From: Chrysemys picta bellii | Lineage: Eukaryota | NCBI RefSeq assembly: GCF_011386835.1 | Contig: NC_088803.1 | Span: 5,828,001 to 5,892,000 of the forward strand | Reading direction: 5' to 3' | DNA: 64,000 bases | Shown: piece by piece, positions 1 to 12,100 of the stretch | Numbering within the stretch: the first letter of the stretch is position 1 | Layout: each line of letters starts with the position of its first letter | The notes under the pieces: model-generated | What the model was told of the DNA's origin: nothing | What the model saw: only the letters and a program-made list of their open reading frames with translations | Databases searched by the model: none | Translations under genes and position numbers: made by a program

Positions 1-698
1 CCCAGGTGAATGGGGCTGTGTCTGACGCCAATGGGGCGGGCAAAGAGCCCCCCACTTTAACCCCTGGGGGCACTGGCCCCGGGCAGGGGGTCAGAGGGGA
101 ATTGGCTCACGCAGGAGGCGGGTGCAAAGGCTTGTGGGAGGCTGACAGGAGCCAGCCTCTGTTGCAAAGCATGGTGGGTAATCTGAATGCCCAGCACATG
201 ACCACAAAGGATTGTGGGTCACCGGGGAGAATGGGAGTCTGGTGCAAAGGATGATGGGTAGTTTGGGGGAGCAAGAGCCTGTTGCAAAAGATGGTGGGCC
301 AGAATGATTCAGGCACCAAGGATTGTGGGTAATTGGCCGCAGTAGGGCTACTATGCCGAGGACTGTGGGTAATTGGAGAGTGTGTTGCAAAGGATTATGG
401 GTAGTTGGCTAACCGGACACCTTGTTGCAAAGGATTGTGGGTAGCTAGGTAGCCCAAGACCATGTTGCAAAGGATTGTGGGTAAATTTGGAGCAGCTGGG
501 CTTTGTTGCAAAGGATTGGGGGTTGCTGGGTAGCCCAAGATTGTGTTGCAAAGCACTGTGGGTAATTGGGTAGCCCAAGTCCACGTTGCAAAGAATTGTG
601 GGTGGTTTCTTGCTCTCTGCTGCCCCTGTGCTCTCCCCGGTGGAGTGCGAGGAGCCCACCTGAGCCCCTAATATTCCCACTCCCCCTGGCCCCTCCAG

Positions 699-2621
699 AT
701 CCTGGGCATCACCAACCCCGAGGGGCGGAAGAAGTACGTGGCAGCTGCATTCCCCAGCGCCTGCGGGAAAACCAACCTGGCCATGATGAACCCCACGCTG
801 GCGGGCTGGCGGGTGGAGTGCGTCGGGGACGATATCGCCTGGATGAAGTTTGACAGCGAGGGTGAGATCAGGGGGGCAAAAGGGAGGTGTTGGGGGGACA
901 CACCGAGGATGGGGGCAGTAGATCTGGGATGGGGCACAGGGGGGATGTGGGGGAAACCCCAAGCTGAAGGGCTGGGGAGGGGAGAGCTCCTCTGGAGAGA
1001 GGGTGTCTGGGGGATCCAGCGTGGTGATGGGGGGGAGCCCTCAGGGAGGATCCCCAGCTAACCCCCTCTCCCCTCCCCCAGGCCGGCTGCGGGCGATCAA
1101 CCCCGAGAACGGGTTCTTCGGAGTGGCACCGGGCACCTCCATGAAGACCAACCCCAACGCCATGCACACGATACAGCGTAACACCCTCTTCACCAACGTG
1201 GGCGAGACCAGCGAGGGGGGTGTCTACTGGGAGGGCATCGACCAGGTCCTGCCCCCCGGCACCTCCGTCACCAGCTGGCTGGGGCGGCCCTGGGCACCGG
1301 GTAGGGCCATGGCCGCTTCCCCCTCCCCCCACTGCCCGCGGGGCGGTGCCCCCTGCCGGCCCCTCCCCACGGCACCCCCTAATGTCTCTCTCTGCGCCAG
1401 GTGCCAAGGAGCCGTGCGCCCATCCCAACTCCCGGTTCTGCGCCCCGGCCCGCCAGTGCCCCATCATGGACCCGGCCTGGGAGTCCCCCGAGGGCGTCCC
1501 CATTGACGCCATCATCTTCGGCGGGAGGAGACCCCAAGGTAACCCCCCTGTCCACCTTTCTTGCCTCCCCTTGGACTCCTGGGTCCCTCAGTGGGCTCAC
1601 ACCGCTCTCCCCCCTCTCCCCAGGGGTGCCCCTGGTCTACGAAGCCTTCAACTGGCGGCACGGCGTCTTCGTGGGCAGCGCCATGAGGTCCGAGTCCACC
1701 GCCGCTGCCGAACACAAAGGTAAAGGCCCCCGGACACCTGGGTCCCGTGTTCCTTTACCTCCTCCCCGGGAAACAGGAACTCGGGGGCTCCCTGGAGGGG
1801 GTTGCCCATTGCACCATCCCAGTGTCACCCCATTATCCACAATCCACTGCGCCAATGTCCAGTGATGGCAGGCTATCCACAGTCCTTTGCGCTGGAGTCC
1901 TGCAGTGCCAAATCCCCCACAATCCATTGCCCCAGAATCCCACTCTTGCTGAATACTCAGTCCAATGTGGCAGATTCCTACAATTCCTGATTTACCCACA
2001 GTCCTTTGCGCTGCCCTCCCACTCTCCCTGATTACCCGCAGTCCTTTGTGGCAGATTCCCGCCACCCCCACTTACCCACAGTCCTTTGTGTTGCAATCCC
2101 ACAATCCCCGGTTACCCATAACTCCCTGGCTGACCTACCCTCCCTGCTTCTCCACCCCCCCTCCAGGCAAGGTGATCATGCACGACCCCTTCGCCATGCG
2201 CCCCTTCTTCGGGTACAATTTTGGGCGCTACTTGGAGCACTGGCTGGGCATGGAGGAGCGGCGCGGGGTCCGTCTGCCCAAGATCTTCCACGTCAACTGG
2301 TTCCGCAAGGACGCGGCCGGCAACTTCCTGTGGCCAGGCTTCGGGGAGAACTCGCGGGTGCTGGACTGGATCTTCCGGCGGGTGGAAGGGGAGGAGAGCG
2401 CGCGGGAGACGCCCATCGGCTATGTGCCCCGGGAAGGGGCCCTTGACCTCCAGGGCTTGGCCAAGGTGGACTTCCAAGAGCTCTTTTCCCTGCCCAAGGC
2501 CTTCTGGGAGCAGGAGGCGCTGGAGGTGCGCAAGTACCTGACCGAGCAGGTCAACGACGACCTACCCCGGGAGGTGATGAGGGAACTCGAGGGGCTGGAG
2601 AGCCGGGTGAAGAAGATGTGA
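699..2621 (+). CDS. PCK2: Mitochondrial phosphoenolpyruvate carboxykinase (GTP), 5'-partial (last 5 coding exons)
   Basis: Exons 699-861, 1082-1300, 1401-1538, 1624-1719, 2167-2621 (TGA), all GT-AG and phase-consistent. Motifs [30 protein letters not shown]; C-terminus ...[11 protein letters not shown]. Adjacency to DCAF11 favours PCK2 over PCK1. Confidence 0.96.
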
Positions 2622-3437
2622 GGGGGGGCAGGGAGGCGGCCTGCCAAAAACACGGCCCTCGTGGAGTTTGTTTACATAGCATTCCCCCGCCTTGCCCAAT
2701 GCCGCTGCTATCTCAGTGCCTTGCTGCAAGTCAGCTGTCATCTTCCCTTGACGTGGGTTGGCCATCTTCTTCTCTTGACCGTGGTTCCGCTATCTTGTTT
2801 GCTTGAGGAGTCAGCCATTTTGTTCCCTTAATCATGGTTCCACCATTTTCTTCCCTCAATGTGGGTTGGCCATCTTCAATTGACATAGGTTGGCCATTTT
2901 CTTTCCTTGACTGTGGTTCCACCATCTTCTTCAACTGACATGGGAAGGCCTTCTTGTTTCCTTGACACGGATTGGCCGTTTTGTTTCCGTGACGATGTCC
3001 ACCATCTTGGTTCCTGGATGTGGGCTGCCTATTTTTCTCCTCTTGACCATGGTTCTGCCATCTTGTTTCCGTGCCCATGAGTCAGCCATCTTGTCCCCTT
3101 GAAAGGTTGACCTTCCTTCCAGCCAGATTTTAATATAATCACTTGTGAGGTTGGAACAACCCAGCTGGGTTTCGCCATCGGGTCCAGCTCTTCACACAAA
3201 CCAGGGCCTCAGCATCTACCGCCAACCCTGTCCTCCGTAAACCCAACATCAGCCAGCACATGAATGCAAACCTAGCATCCTCCAGGCTTAGCTCTGACGG
3301 TAAGGCTTATTTTAACCATGATCTGTGCCCCCGTTGCAACACTAAAAAGGAACCACCGTCCATGGCTGGATCTCTCAACCGCACTGACCGTTAGCCACTC
3401 TTAACTCAACCCAAGCCCAGTTCCTAAGCAGTATTAC

Positions 3438-3443
3438 AATAAA
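3438..3443 (+). terminator. Candidate PCK2 poly(A) signal (a second lies at 4006-4011)
   Basis: AATAAA downstream of the stop codon. Confidence 0.55.
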
Positions 3444-4539
3444 TCAACTCAGGATATGCCAGACCTCTCCATCACCACCCATCCTCACCCCAGTGCTCAA
3501 CGCCCCTCCCCAGGTGGGACGCCGGCCAAATTCTCAACTCTGCCGACCCATCATCTAACCACACCAGGACACCCCGTCCCTTTCTCTTTAAGCCCTGAGT
3601 CCCACCTCAAACTGGAACCCCCCAAACCCCCGTCTTCCCCCTGAATCCTCAATCGGTTCTTCCAGCTGCACCAGCCCTCCCTCCCGGTGGGCTCTCACCG
3701 TCAAGCTGAGGTGAGCTTAGCAACCCCCACCCCTCTTCTTCCTTTCCAGTGCTTGGCCCCGGGCCTGCCCCTCTAACGGATCCTCAGGAAGATTTTTGCC
3801 TTCAATGCAGGGCGGGACGGCTCCCGGTGATGGAGACAGGGAAGGGGGGTGAACTGGGGCGGACGACAGCTGGTATTTCCCGGGCGCAGGCTGGGCCGAA
3901 GTGGGGGCGGGAGCAGAAGCGACGTGGGGTTCAGCGCTGGGGTTCTTGGTACTACACAATGGGCTTTTGTTACTAATCACTGTTAATGAGACACGAGTGT
4001 CAAACAATAAAAGGATCTGAAGGACCGTGGCTAGTGACTGGAGTGGGGAACGGGGCAGAGAGGGAGGGGACCCCAACTGCTCCCTGGGCCAGCGGGGGCC
4101 ACGCGGCCGCTGGGGGACTTTGGCCCCTTTGGTTCATCCTGACCTGAGGCCGGGATAAGTGCAGAGACTGGTGAATGGGGCGGGGGGGCGCAATGCCTGG
4201 GGAGCAAAGGCTGCCATTATGGGAGGGGTGGGGGAATAGGGGCCAGGTATAAAGTGTCATGGGATGGGTGTGGGTTGAGGGGTGTTAGGGGCTGGGTATA
4301 CAGTGTCACGGGATGGCGGTGGCGGGCGTTAGGGGCCGGATATAAAGTGCCGCGGGGCGGGGCCAAGAAGGAGGGCGTTAGGGGCCAGGTACGGGGGGGA
4401 TAGGTCTGTATAATTTTTGGCGGTGTCCAGAACGGGTCCAAGTCCTGCCCCCAACACATGCCTTGAAAGCTGATATATATGTTTTTAAATAATGTAAAAG
4501 CGTGAGGGCTCTGGCTGGGGATGAAGGGTATGGGGTGCA

Positions 4540-6000
4540 GGAGGGGGCTCAGGGCTCGCATGTGGGGGTGAGGGCTGCAGGGTGGGGCTGGGGATGAGGG
4601 GTTCAGGAGGGGCTCAGGGCTGGGGTGCAGGGGGTGAGGGTTCTGGCTGGGGCTGAGGTCTTTTGGGTGCAGGAGGGGCTCAGGGCTGGGTGAAGGGGGT
4701 GAGGGCTCTGGCTGGGGCTGAGGGGTTCAGGAGGGGGCTCAGGGCTGGGGTGCAGAGGGGTGAGGGTTCTGGCTGGGGCTGAGGGGTTTGGGGTGAGGGA
4801 GGGGTTCAGGGCTGGCAGGAGGGGGGGTGAGGGCTGCAGGGTGGGGCTGGGGGGTTCAGGGCTGGGGTGCAGGGGGTGAGGGTGAGGGCTGGGGCTGAGG
4901 GGTTTGGGGTGTAGGAGAGGCTCAGGGCTGGCAGGAGCGGGGGTGAGGGCTGCAGGGTGGGGCTGGGGGGTTTGGGGTGCAGGAGGGGCTCAGGTCTCGC
5001 ATATGGGGAGTGAGGGCTGCAGGGTGGGGCTGGGGCTAAGGAGTTCAGGAGGAGGCTCGGCTGGCAGGAGGGGGGGTGAGGGCTGCAGTGTGGGGCTGGG
5101 GGGGGTGAGGGCTCTGGCAGGGACTGAGGGGTTGAGGAGGGGGCTCAGAGCTGGGGTGCAGAGGGATGAGGGCTCTGGCTGGGGCTGAGGGGTTTGGGGT
5201 GTAGGAGGGGCTCAGGGCTGGCAAGAGGGGGGGTGAGGGCTGCTGGGTGGGGCTGGGGGGGTGAGGGCTCTGGCTGGGGCTGAGGGGTGTAGGAGGGGCT
5301 CAGGGCTGGGTGAAGGGGGTGAGGGCTCTGGCTGGGGCTGAGGGGTTTGGGGTGTAGGAGGGGCTCAGGGCTGGGGTGCAGAGGGGTGAGGGTTCTGGCT
5401 GGGGCTGAGGGGTTTGGGGTGAGGGAGGGGCTCAGGGCTGGCAGGAGGGGGGGTGAGGGCTGCAGGGTGGGGCTGGGGGGTTCAGGGCTGGGGTGCAGGG
5501 GGTGAGGGTGAGGGCTGGGGCTGAGGGGTTTGGGGTGTAGGAGAGGCTCAGGGCTGGCAGGAGCGGGGGTGAGGGCTGCAGGGTGGGGCTGGGGGGTTTG
5601 GGGTGCAGGAGGGGCTCAGGTCTCGCATATGGGGAGTGAGGGCTGCAGGGTGGGGGTGGGGCTGGGGCTAAGGAGTTCAGGAGGAGGCTCGGCTGGCAGG
5701 AGGGGGGGTGAGGGCTGCAGTGTGGGGCTGGGGGGGTGAGGGCTCTGGCAGGGACTGAGGGGTTGAGGAGGGGGCTCAGAGCTGGGGTGCAGAGGGATGA
5801 GGGCTGGGGCTGAGGGGTTTGGGGTGTAGGAGGGGCTCAGGGCTGGCAGGAGGGGGGGTGAGGGCTGCAGGGTGGGGCTGGGGGGGTGAGGGCTCTGGCT
5901 GGGGATGAGAGGTGTAGGAGGGGCTCAGGGCTGGGTGAAGGGGGTGAGGGCTCTGGCTGGGGCTGAGGGGTTTGGGGTGTAGGAGGGGCTCAGGGCTAGG
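4540..6000. repeat. G-rich minisatellite (gggggtgagggctctggctggggctgag...) with a 626-bp higher-order duplication
   Basis: Visible tandem units. The landmark caggtctcgcatatgggg occurs at 4991 and 5617. Confidence 0.9.
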
Positions 6001-6030
6001 GCCGAGGGTTGGGTGTGGGGGGGTCCCAGA

Positions 6031-6599
6031 GTCCCCGGGCGATGCTCTGGAGCTGCTCCCCACGGAGCCAGGCAGGACTCAGGGAGCCTCCTCTGCCTCC
6101 AGGGCCAGACGCTCACACGGCTTCATCTTCCTGGGTCTGACCCCGGAGCATCCAGCATCCCCTGCCCCACCGTGCGCTTCCCGCAGCGCATCCGCCCGGG
6201 CGGGGTCCTGGGGGGGGGGCAGAGGGCCCTGCCCCCCGACTCCGCAGTCAGACGTGACTCTCAGCCAGTGACACAGAAGGTTTATCAGACGACAGGACCA
6301 CAGCGCAGAGCAGAGCTTGTAGGTACGGGAAACAGGACCCCTCAGGTCCAGCTTGGGGCCGGAGCCGGGGTCTGGGCCTCCCTTGCTTTCCCCAGCCAGA
6401 GGAGGGGCCCAGGCCATCGGTTGCCAGGAGACAGGGCGTCGGCCATTCACTGTGCAGACACCATCACACCTGCCCTCTAGGGCTCTGCACCAATCACACC
6501 CCTGATCTCTCCACCTAGATCCTTAAGAACTGCCTAGGGGAAACTGAGGCACCCACACAGTATTCAGAGAGAACATTAAGAACAGTCCCATTTCGTTAC
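6031..6599. mobile_element. Second copy of the LTR-like family seen at 58921-59664
   Basis: Shares gcgatgctctggagctgctccccacg...cgactccgcagtcagacgtgac and ggagacagggcgtcggccatt...cagagagaacattaagaac. No clear TSD. Confidence 0.75.
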
Positions 6600-7070
6600 G
6601 GGGGGGTTCTGGGGTGGGACAGGGCTGGGGATGAGGAGTTTGGGGTGCAGGCAGGCTGCCCTGGGGCTGGGGCCAGAGAGGAGGACTCCCCCCCCCCGGG
6701 CCGCACACTCACACCCACCACTGTCACTGCACGTGCTCCTAGGGCCCCTCTCAGGTCCAGGAAGCTCCTTGCCCCCCCTGAGGTGGGGGGGGTGGAGGGG
6801 GGCTGCCATTACATGTGGCCTCCACCCCTGCTGCTGCCCCTCACTGTAGCCTCACTGGGGGTGGGGGATGGGGCTGCCCCTTGCCCAGCGTGGGGCAGGA
6901 GCTATGCCTGCGGGCGGGGGGGGGGAGGCCGTGGCAGGGGGGCACTGGGACCCTGCAGCGCACTTAGTGCCGGGAGCCAGCAGAGCAGCAGCGGGAGCTG
7001 CAGCGAGGCGCCGGGGCAGAGACCAGACCCTAAACATTGCTGGAGCCCGGGCACCGCCAGGGGGAGGGGG

Positions 7071-7470
7071 GCGTTAGGGGCCGGGTAGAACATGACGCGG
7101 GGAGGGGGCGGGCCAGGGGGGCGTTAGGGGCCGGGTAGAACGTGACGCGGGGAGGGGGCGGGCCAGGGGGGCGTTAGGGGCCGGGTAGAACGTGACGCGG
7201 GGAGGGGGCGGTCCAGAGGGGCGTTAGGGGCCGGGTAGAACGTGACGCGGGGAGGGGGCAGGGCGGGAGGGCGTTAGGGGCCGTGTAGAACGTGACGCGG
7301 GGAGGGGGCAGGGCGGGGGGGCGTTAGGGGCCGGGTAGAACGTGACGCGGGGAGGGGGCAGGGCGGGGGGGCGTTAGGGGCCGGGTAGAACGTGACGCGG
7401 GGAGGGGGCAGGGCGGGGGGGCGTTAGGGGCCGGGTATAACGTGACGCCAGGCAGGGCGGGGCGGGGCTC
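7071..7470. repeat. Exact-period 50-bp VNTR, 8 copies, upstream of DCAF11
   Basis: gcgttaggggccgggtagaacgtgacgcggggagggggc... starts at 7071, 7121, 7171, 7221, 7271, 7321, 7371 and 7421. Confidence 0.97.
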
Positions 7471-7499
7471 CCCATTTTATGGTTGATAGATCTTCCCCC

Positions 7500-9062
7500 A
7501 GCCAATCAGGAGCTGTGGAGCCCCCTGGTGTTCGTCAAGCGTAAAACTCCATCTATTCGGGGAGCCAGGCTCCTCTCAGGCCCGCCTTGCTGTCCCTTCA
7601 ATCACCGATCCATTGTCCAATCAGGGAGCTGGTTCGCTCTCACTGCTCGCCTCCCAATCTGTGCTCTCAACCAAGCCCTTGTCAAATCAGAGAATCAGTG
7701 TCCCTTGGGAGCCTGCCTCACATGGCCTGTCAATCTTTTTTAATGTCCAATCAGGAGAGTCGACGCCTTCTTTAAAAGAGTAATTATTACGCTATCAGTC
7801 ACTATTATCCAATCAGAGAGCGAGGGCTATTTTTAAGGCTATCAATCACTCCATGCTAACCAGGTTTATACCACTGTACCGCCTCCCCGTTTCCAGTGCC
7901 ATTCATATAGTAACTGTCCAATCAGAGAGCCCGTGCATAACCATAGACCCGCCTCTTCCAAAGCTGTCACTCTCAACCCAATCAGCGAACTGGCCTGTAC
8001 TTTAAATCCCCGCCTCCCCTGTTGCGAAGGCGGAGGGCCAATCAACGTGTCCGAATTTTCTACAACGCCCTCTACCGTACGTGATGTTCAGAGGAGGAGC
8101 CAATCAGAGGGCGCCGGGCTTGTCCCGCCTCCCTCTTCTTCCGTTAGAGGCGGCTGCAGTTCTAAAGATGTAAACAAGGCTTCGCGCTGCGGCCGTTAGA
8201 GGGTGAGGAAGGTCTCGCGGTTAGGGGAAGGGAGGGGAGAGAGTTTGGAGTGGCTTCTGATTGGCCACGGCCGGCTCGCAGGGGAGGGGGAGGAGGAGGA
8301 GGAGAAGGTTGTTGGGGGAGTCAGGTGGGTTCTAATTGGTGGGGGGGAAGGGAGCTGGGTTGTGGACTGGGGTAGCAAGTGTCCCCCTAAGTATGGGACG
8401 TTCTGATTGGTGGGCCTGGGGGAATATAGGGCGCTCTGATTGGTGGGTGGCTCTCTTGACCGTAAGAAGCCCCCTGGTTGGTGCAGGGGGTAGAAGGAGC
8501 TGATTAGTGGATTAGAGGCTGGCATATGAGAGGGGGCAAGAATCGAGGCTGTGGTTGGTTGTGCAGTCAACAGGCCCGTGTGATTGGTGCGTGGCACACT
8601 GAGGGGAGCAAGAGTGCCCCCTGAGTATAAGGTGCTCTGATTGGTGGATGGCTGCTAACGTCATTGGTGGGTTCCTGTGCTATATTGAGGGGAGCAAGTG
8701 TGTCCCCTGAGCACAGGCTCCTCTGATTGGTGGGGAAGGGAGGGGGCACTGAATGTGCAGATCTGATTGGTGAGCAGCTGCAGTATGTAGCACAATGGAC
8801 CTCTGAGTCTGAAGGCCTGTGATTGGTGGGTGGCTGTGGTATATTGAGGAGGACAATACTGCCCCCTGAGTATGAAGGGCTCTGATTGGTGGGTGGTTGT
8901 GGTATATTGCGTGGGGACCATACCATCCCTTGAGTATAAAGGGCTGTGTGATTGGTGGGTGGCTGTGGTATATTGAGGAGGACAAAACTGCCCCCTGAGT
9001 ATGAAGGGCTGTGATTGGTGGCTAAAGGTTTTCCTTTCAGGGAGCTTCTTGTTCCTGATTGG
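7500..9062 (+). promoter_or_regulatory. DCAF11 promoter / exon 1 / intron 1 with a dense CCAAT cluster
   Basis: 9 CCAAT on + (7502-8104) and 14 ATTGG (8260-9062). ETS-like CTTCCG near 8138. Candidate non-coding exon donor gtgagg at 8203 and acceptor at 9039-9040. Confidence 0.7.
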
Positions 9063-9131
9063 CTGCGGGGGGAGTGGGAGAGGAGCCAACACAGCAAACC
9101 CCCGAGCCTAGTTCCAGACAATGCCGTAAGC

Positions 9132-12100
9132 ATGGGTTCCCGTAGCAGCAGTGCTAGCTCTGGGGGCCGGGACCCCCAGGACGGCAGGCCCCAGAGGGGC
9201 TCCAGGCTCCTGCGGGGTGAGGAGGAGGAGGAGGACGAAGATGTGGATCTGGCCCAGGTACTGGCATATCTACTGCGCAGGTAATTTACTTCACTGCCTA
9301 CTCCCCTAGGTGCAGCACAGGGAGTCCTCCCATCTGCCTAGAGTTGCCAACTGTTTAATCGCACAAACCCCAAAACCCTTGCCCTGCCCCTTCCATGAGG
9401 CCACGCCCCCCACTCACTTCATCCCTGCTCTCCCCCAACCTCATTCAGTTTCACTGGGCCAGGGCAGTGGGTGGGGGTGCAGGAGGGGGTTTGGGTTGCA
9501 GGCTCTGGGAGGGAGTTTTGATGCAGGGGGGGCTCAGGGCTGGGGCAGGGGGTTGGGTGTGGGCTCTGGGCTGGGGAGTGGGGCCAAGGAGTTCGGAGTG
9601 TGGGAGGGGGCTCCGGGCTCAGCCTGGGAAGGGTAGAGGTTTGGGGTGCAGGATGGGATGCAGGGAGCTGGCTCTGGGAGGGACTTTGGGTGTGGGAGGG
9701 GGCTCTGGGCTGGGGCAGGGGGTTGGGTTGCAGGAAGAGGCTTGGGGTGCAGGCTCTGGGCAGTACTTATCTCGGGGGGCTCCCGGAAGTGATCGGCATG
9801 TCCAGCTCCTAGGCTCGGGGGCAGCCAGGTGGCTCTGCATGCTGCCGCTGCGTGCCGGTTCCCAGCCAATGGGAGCTGTGGAGCCGGCACTCAGGGTGGG
9901 GGCAGTGCGCAGAGACCCCCTGGCTTCGGAGCTGGAGGTGCCAGCTGCTTCCAGGAGCTGCTTGGAGCCAAGGCAGGCAGGGAACCTGCCTTAGGCCCAC
10001 TGCGCCACTCGACTTTTAGTGGCCAAAAATCTCGGATTGGATTCAGTAGCCTCCGGGAGATCGAGGCTGATTCCAGGAGACTCCTGGCTAATCTGGGAGG
10101 GTTGGCAACCCTACGTCTGCCCCAGGGTGGTGCCGGCTCTGATCTGGCCTCAGCTGGCATAGGGAGTAGGCTTTGGGGCTTCTCCCTTCCCCTCCCAAGT
10201 GGAATCACAAGACAGGATGCAGTGTAAATGCAATGACGACTCTGCTGCCGGATCTAATCAGTGGAAGCAAGCGACCTCAGTTGCTCCCTGGCTGGTCCTG
10301 ACAGACCTCTTCCCTGCGGGATCCCGTGGCACGCAAGCAGAAAATCCAGTCGGACCCATCAGCACGTGGGGGGCAGGCGGGAAAAGGGGAAAGCTCAGAT
10401 TTAAACTCTTTGGGACTGGCTCATCAGGTGACCCCGAGCTCCCAGGGAGACTCTGTGCCCCGAAAGCTACGGTGCTGGGGGAATATCACACAGGAGCCGA
10501 GAGGATTGGCCCAGATGATCACGTGGCTCCCTTCTAGCCTCAGAATCGACGAATCCTTCACACCAGGACACTGAATTTTGAGAACAGGAAATGAATGCAG
10601 GGTTCTAGATGGCGCATCCCGGACTCCTGGGTTCTGTCCCTCCGTGATGCCAGAGGCCTCCTGGGCTAGGGCTTGGGGAGGGGGCTGAAGGGGAGGTCGG
10701 GCTGATGAATGAGCTCTGGTTTCTGCACCCCGCAGAGGTCAGATTCGGTTGGTGCAGGGCGGAGGCGCAGCCAGTGTCCAGGTGGTCCAGACGCTGTCCG
10801 ATTCGGACGATGACAACGACAGCGCCTGGGAGGGGCGGCTGGGAGACCGTTACAACCCCCCAGGTACAGACCAGGACGCCGGAGCTCTGTCCCCAGGCCT
10901 GAGACGGGAATGGGAGCTAGTGGTTAGAGCGGGGGGGGCTGGGCGCCAGGACTCCTGGGTTCTATCCCTGGTTCTGGGATGGGAGTGTGGGCTAGTGGTT
11001 AGAGCAAGGGAGTGGCTGGGAGCCAGGACTCCTGGGTTCTAGTCTCCGCTGTTGTTTATACCTGGAACGTGTCTCTGCCCCACCCCCCCACCTCCCCTGC
11101 AGTGGACTCCGCGCCTGACACACGGGACGTGGAGAATAATGAGATCAAAACCCAGATCCAGCTGGCGAACGGGATGCTGGGCTCCAGGCAAGCTGGCCGC
11201 AGCATCCCCCACCTCCTCCGCCAGGTACGTGGTCCCTCCTGCAGGGGAGCCCTGGGGCCGAAGGGGAGTGGGCTCTGGTGGGTTACAGCACAGGGACTCT
11301 GGGGTTCTCACACCCGCTCTGCTCCCTCTGCAGAGAGAATGGGGCTTGTGCCACAACAGCAGCTTTTCCCCGGGCGAGCGCTCCCGTGTGATGTCCCAGT
11401 GAGTATTGGCAGAGTGGGGGGGGTGGGGGTCACTGGCAGGGGACTCCCCACTGACCTGGTGCTCTCTGCGCCCCCCCCCAGCTTCCTGCCCAACCAGCTG
11501 GTGTTCACCGACTCCTACTCCCAGAAGGCCTTCTGCGGCATCTACTCCAGGGATGGACAGCTCTTCATGTCCGCCTGTCAAGGTATGGGGGGGCGGGGCT
11601 TGGGGTGGTTTACCAGCTTACCCACAATCCCCTCTGCTCTTGCCACAGGGCTCCTACTGCCGCCCGGCTGCTTGGCCTTGTGGGTAAGCAATATCCCAGA
11701 ATTCTCTCTCCTTCTGCCTTTCGGAAGAGGGTAGTAACGGCTTGCAGTGCCACCCACCCGCTTGGCATTGTGAGTCAGGGTCATGCCCTTGCGCATTGTG
11801 GGTAACCACTCTACCAGAATGCTCTCTGTTCCCCTGAAGGACTCTCAGATGGGACCAATCTGGGGGGGCCCTTATCCATATTGCAAAGCAGCTGAGTTGT
11901 GCAGGAAGCTCTTAGGCAAGAGCAGAGAGGATTCTGGGAGGCTATTTCCCACAATGCACAGTGGCTGGGCTGCCCTGGGGGCAAGCAGAGAGGATTCTGG
12001 CAGGGCGTTTACCCCTTTGCATTGTGAGTAGAATTCCCAGAATCCATTCTGTCCTACAGTGTGTGGTAGACGCTCAGTGCTGCCCCCTCCCCGCTTTGCA

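Noticed and set aside
10908-11048. Possible tRNA genes
   Set aside because: Only A/B-box-like motifs are present, with no cloverleaf or acceptor stem. Treated as SINE-like heads.
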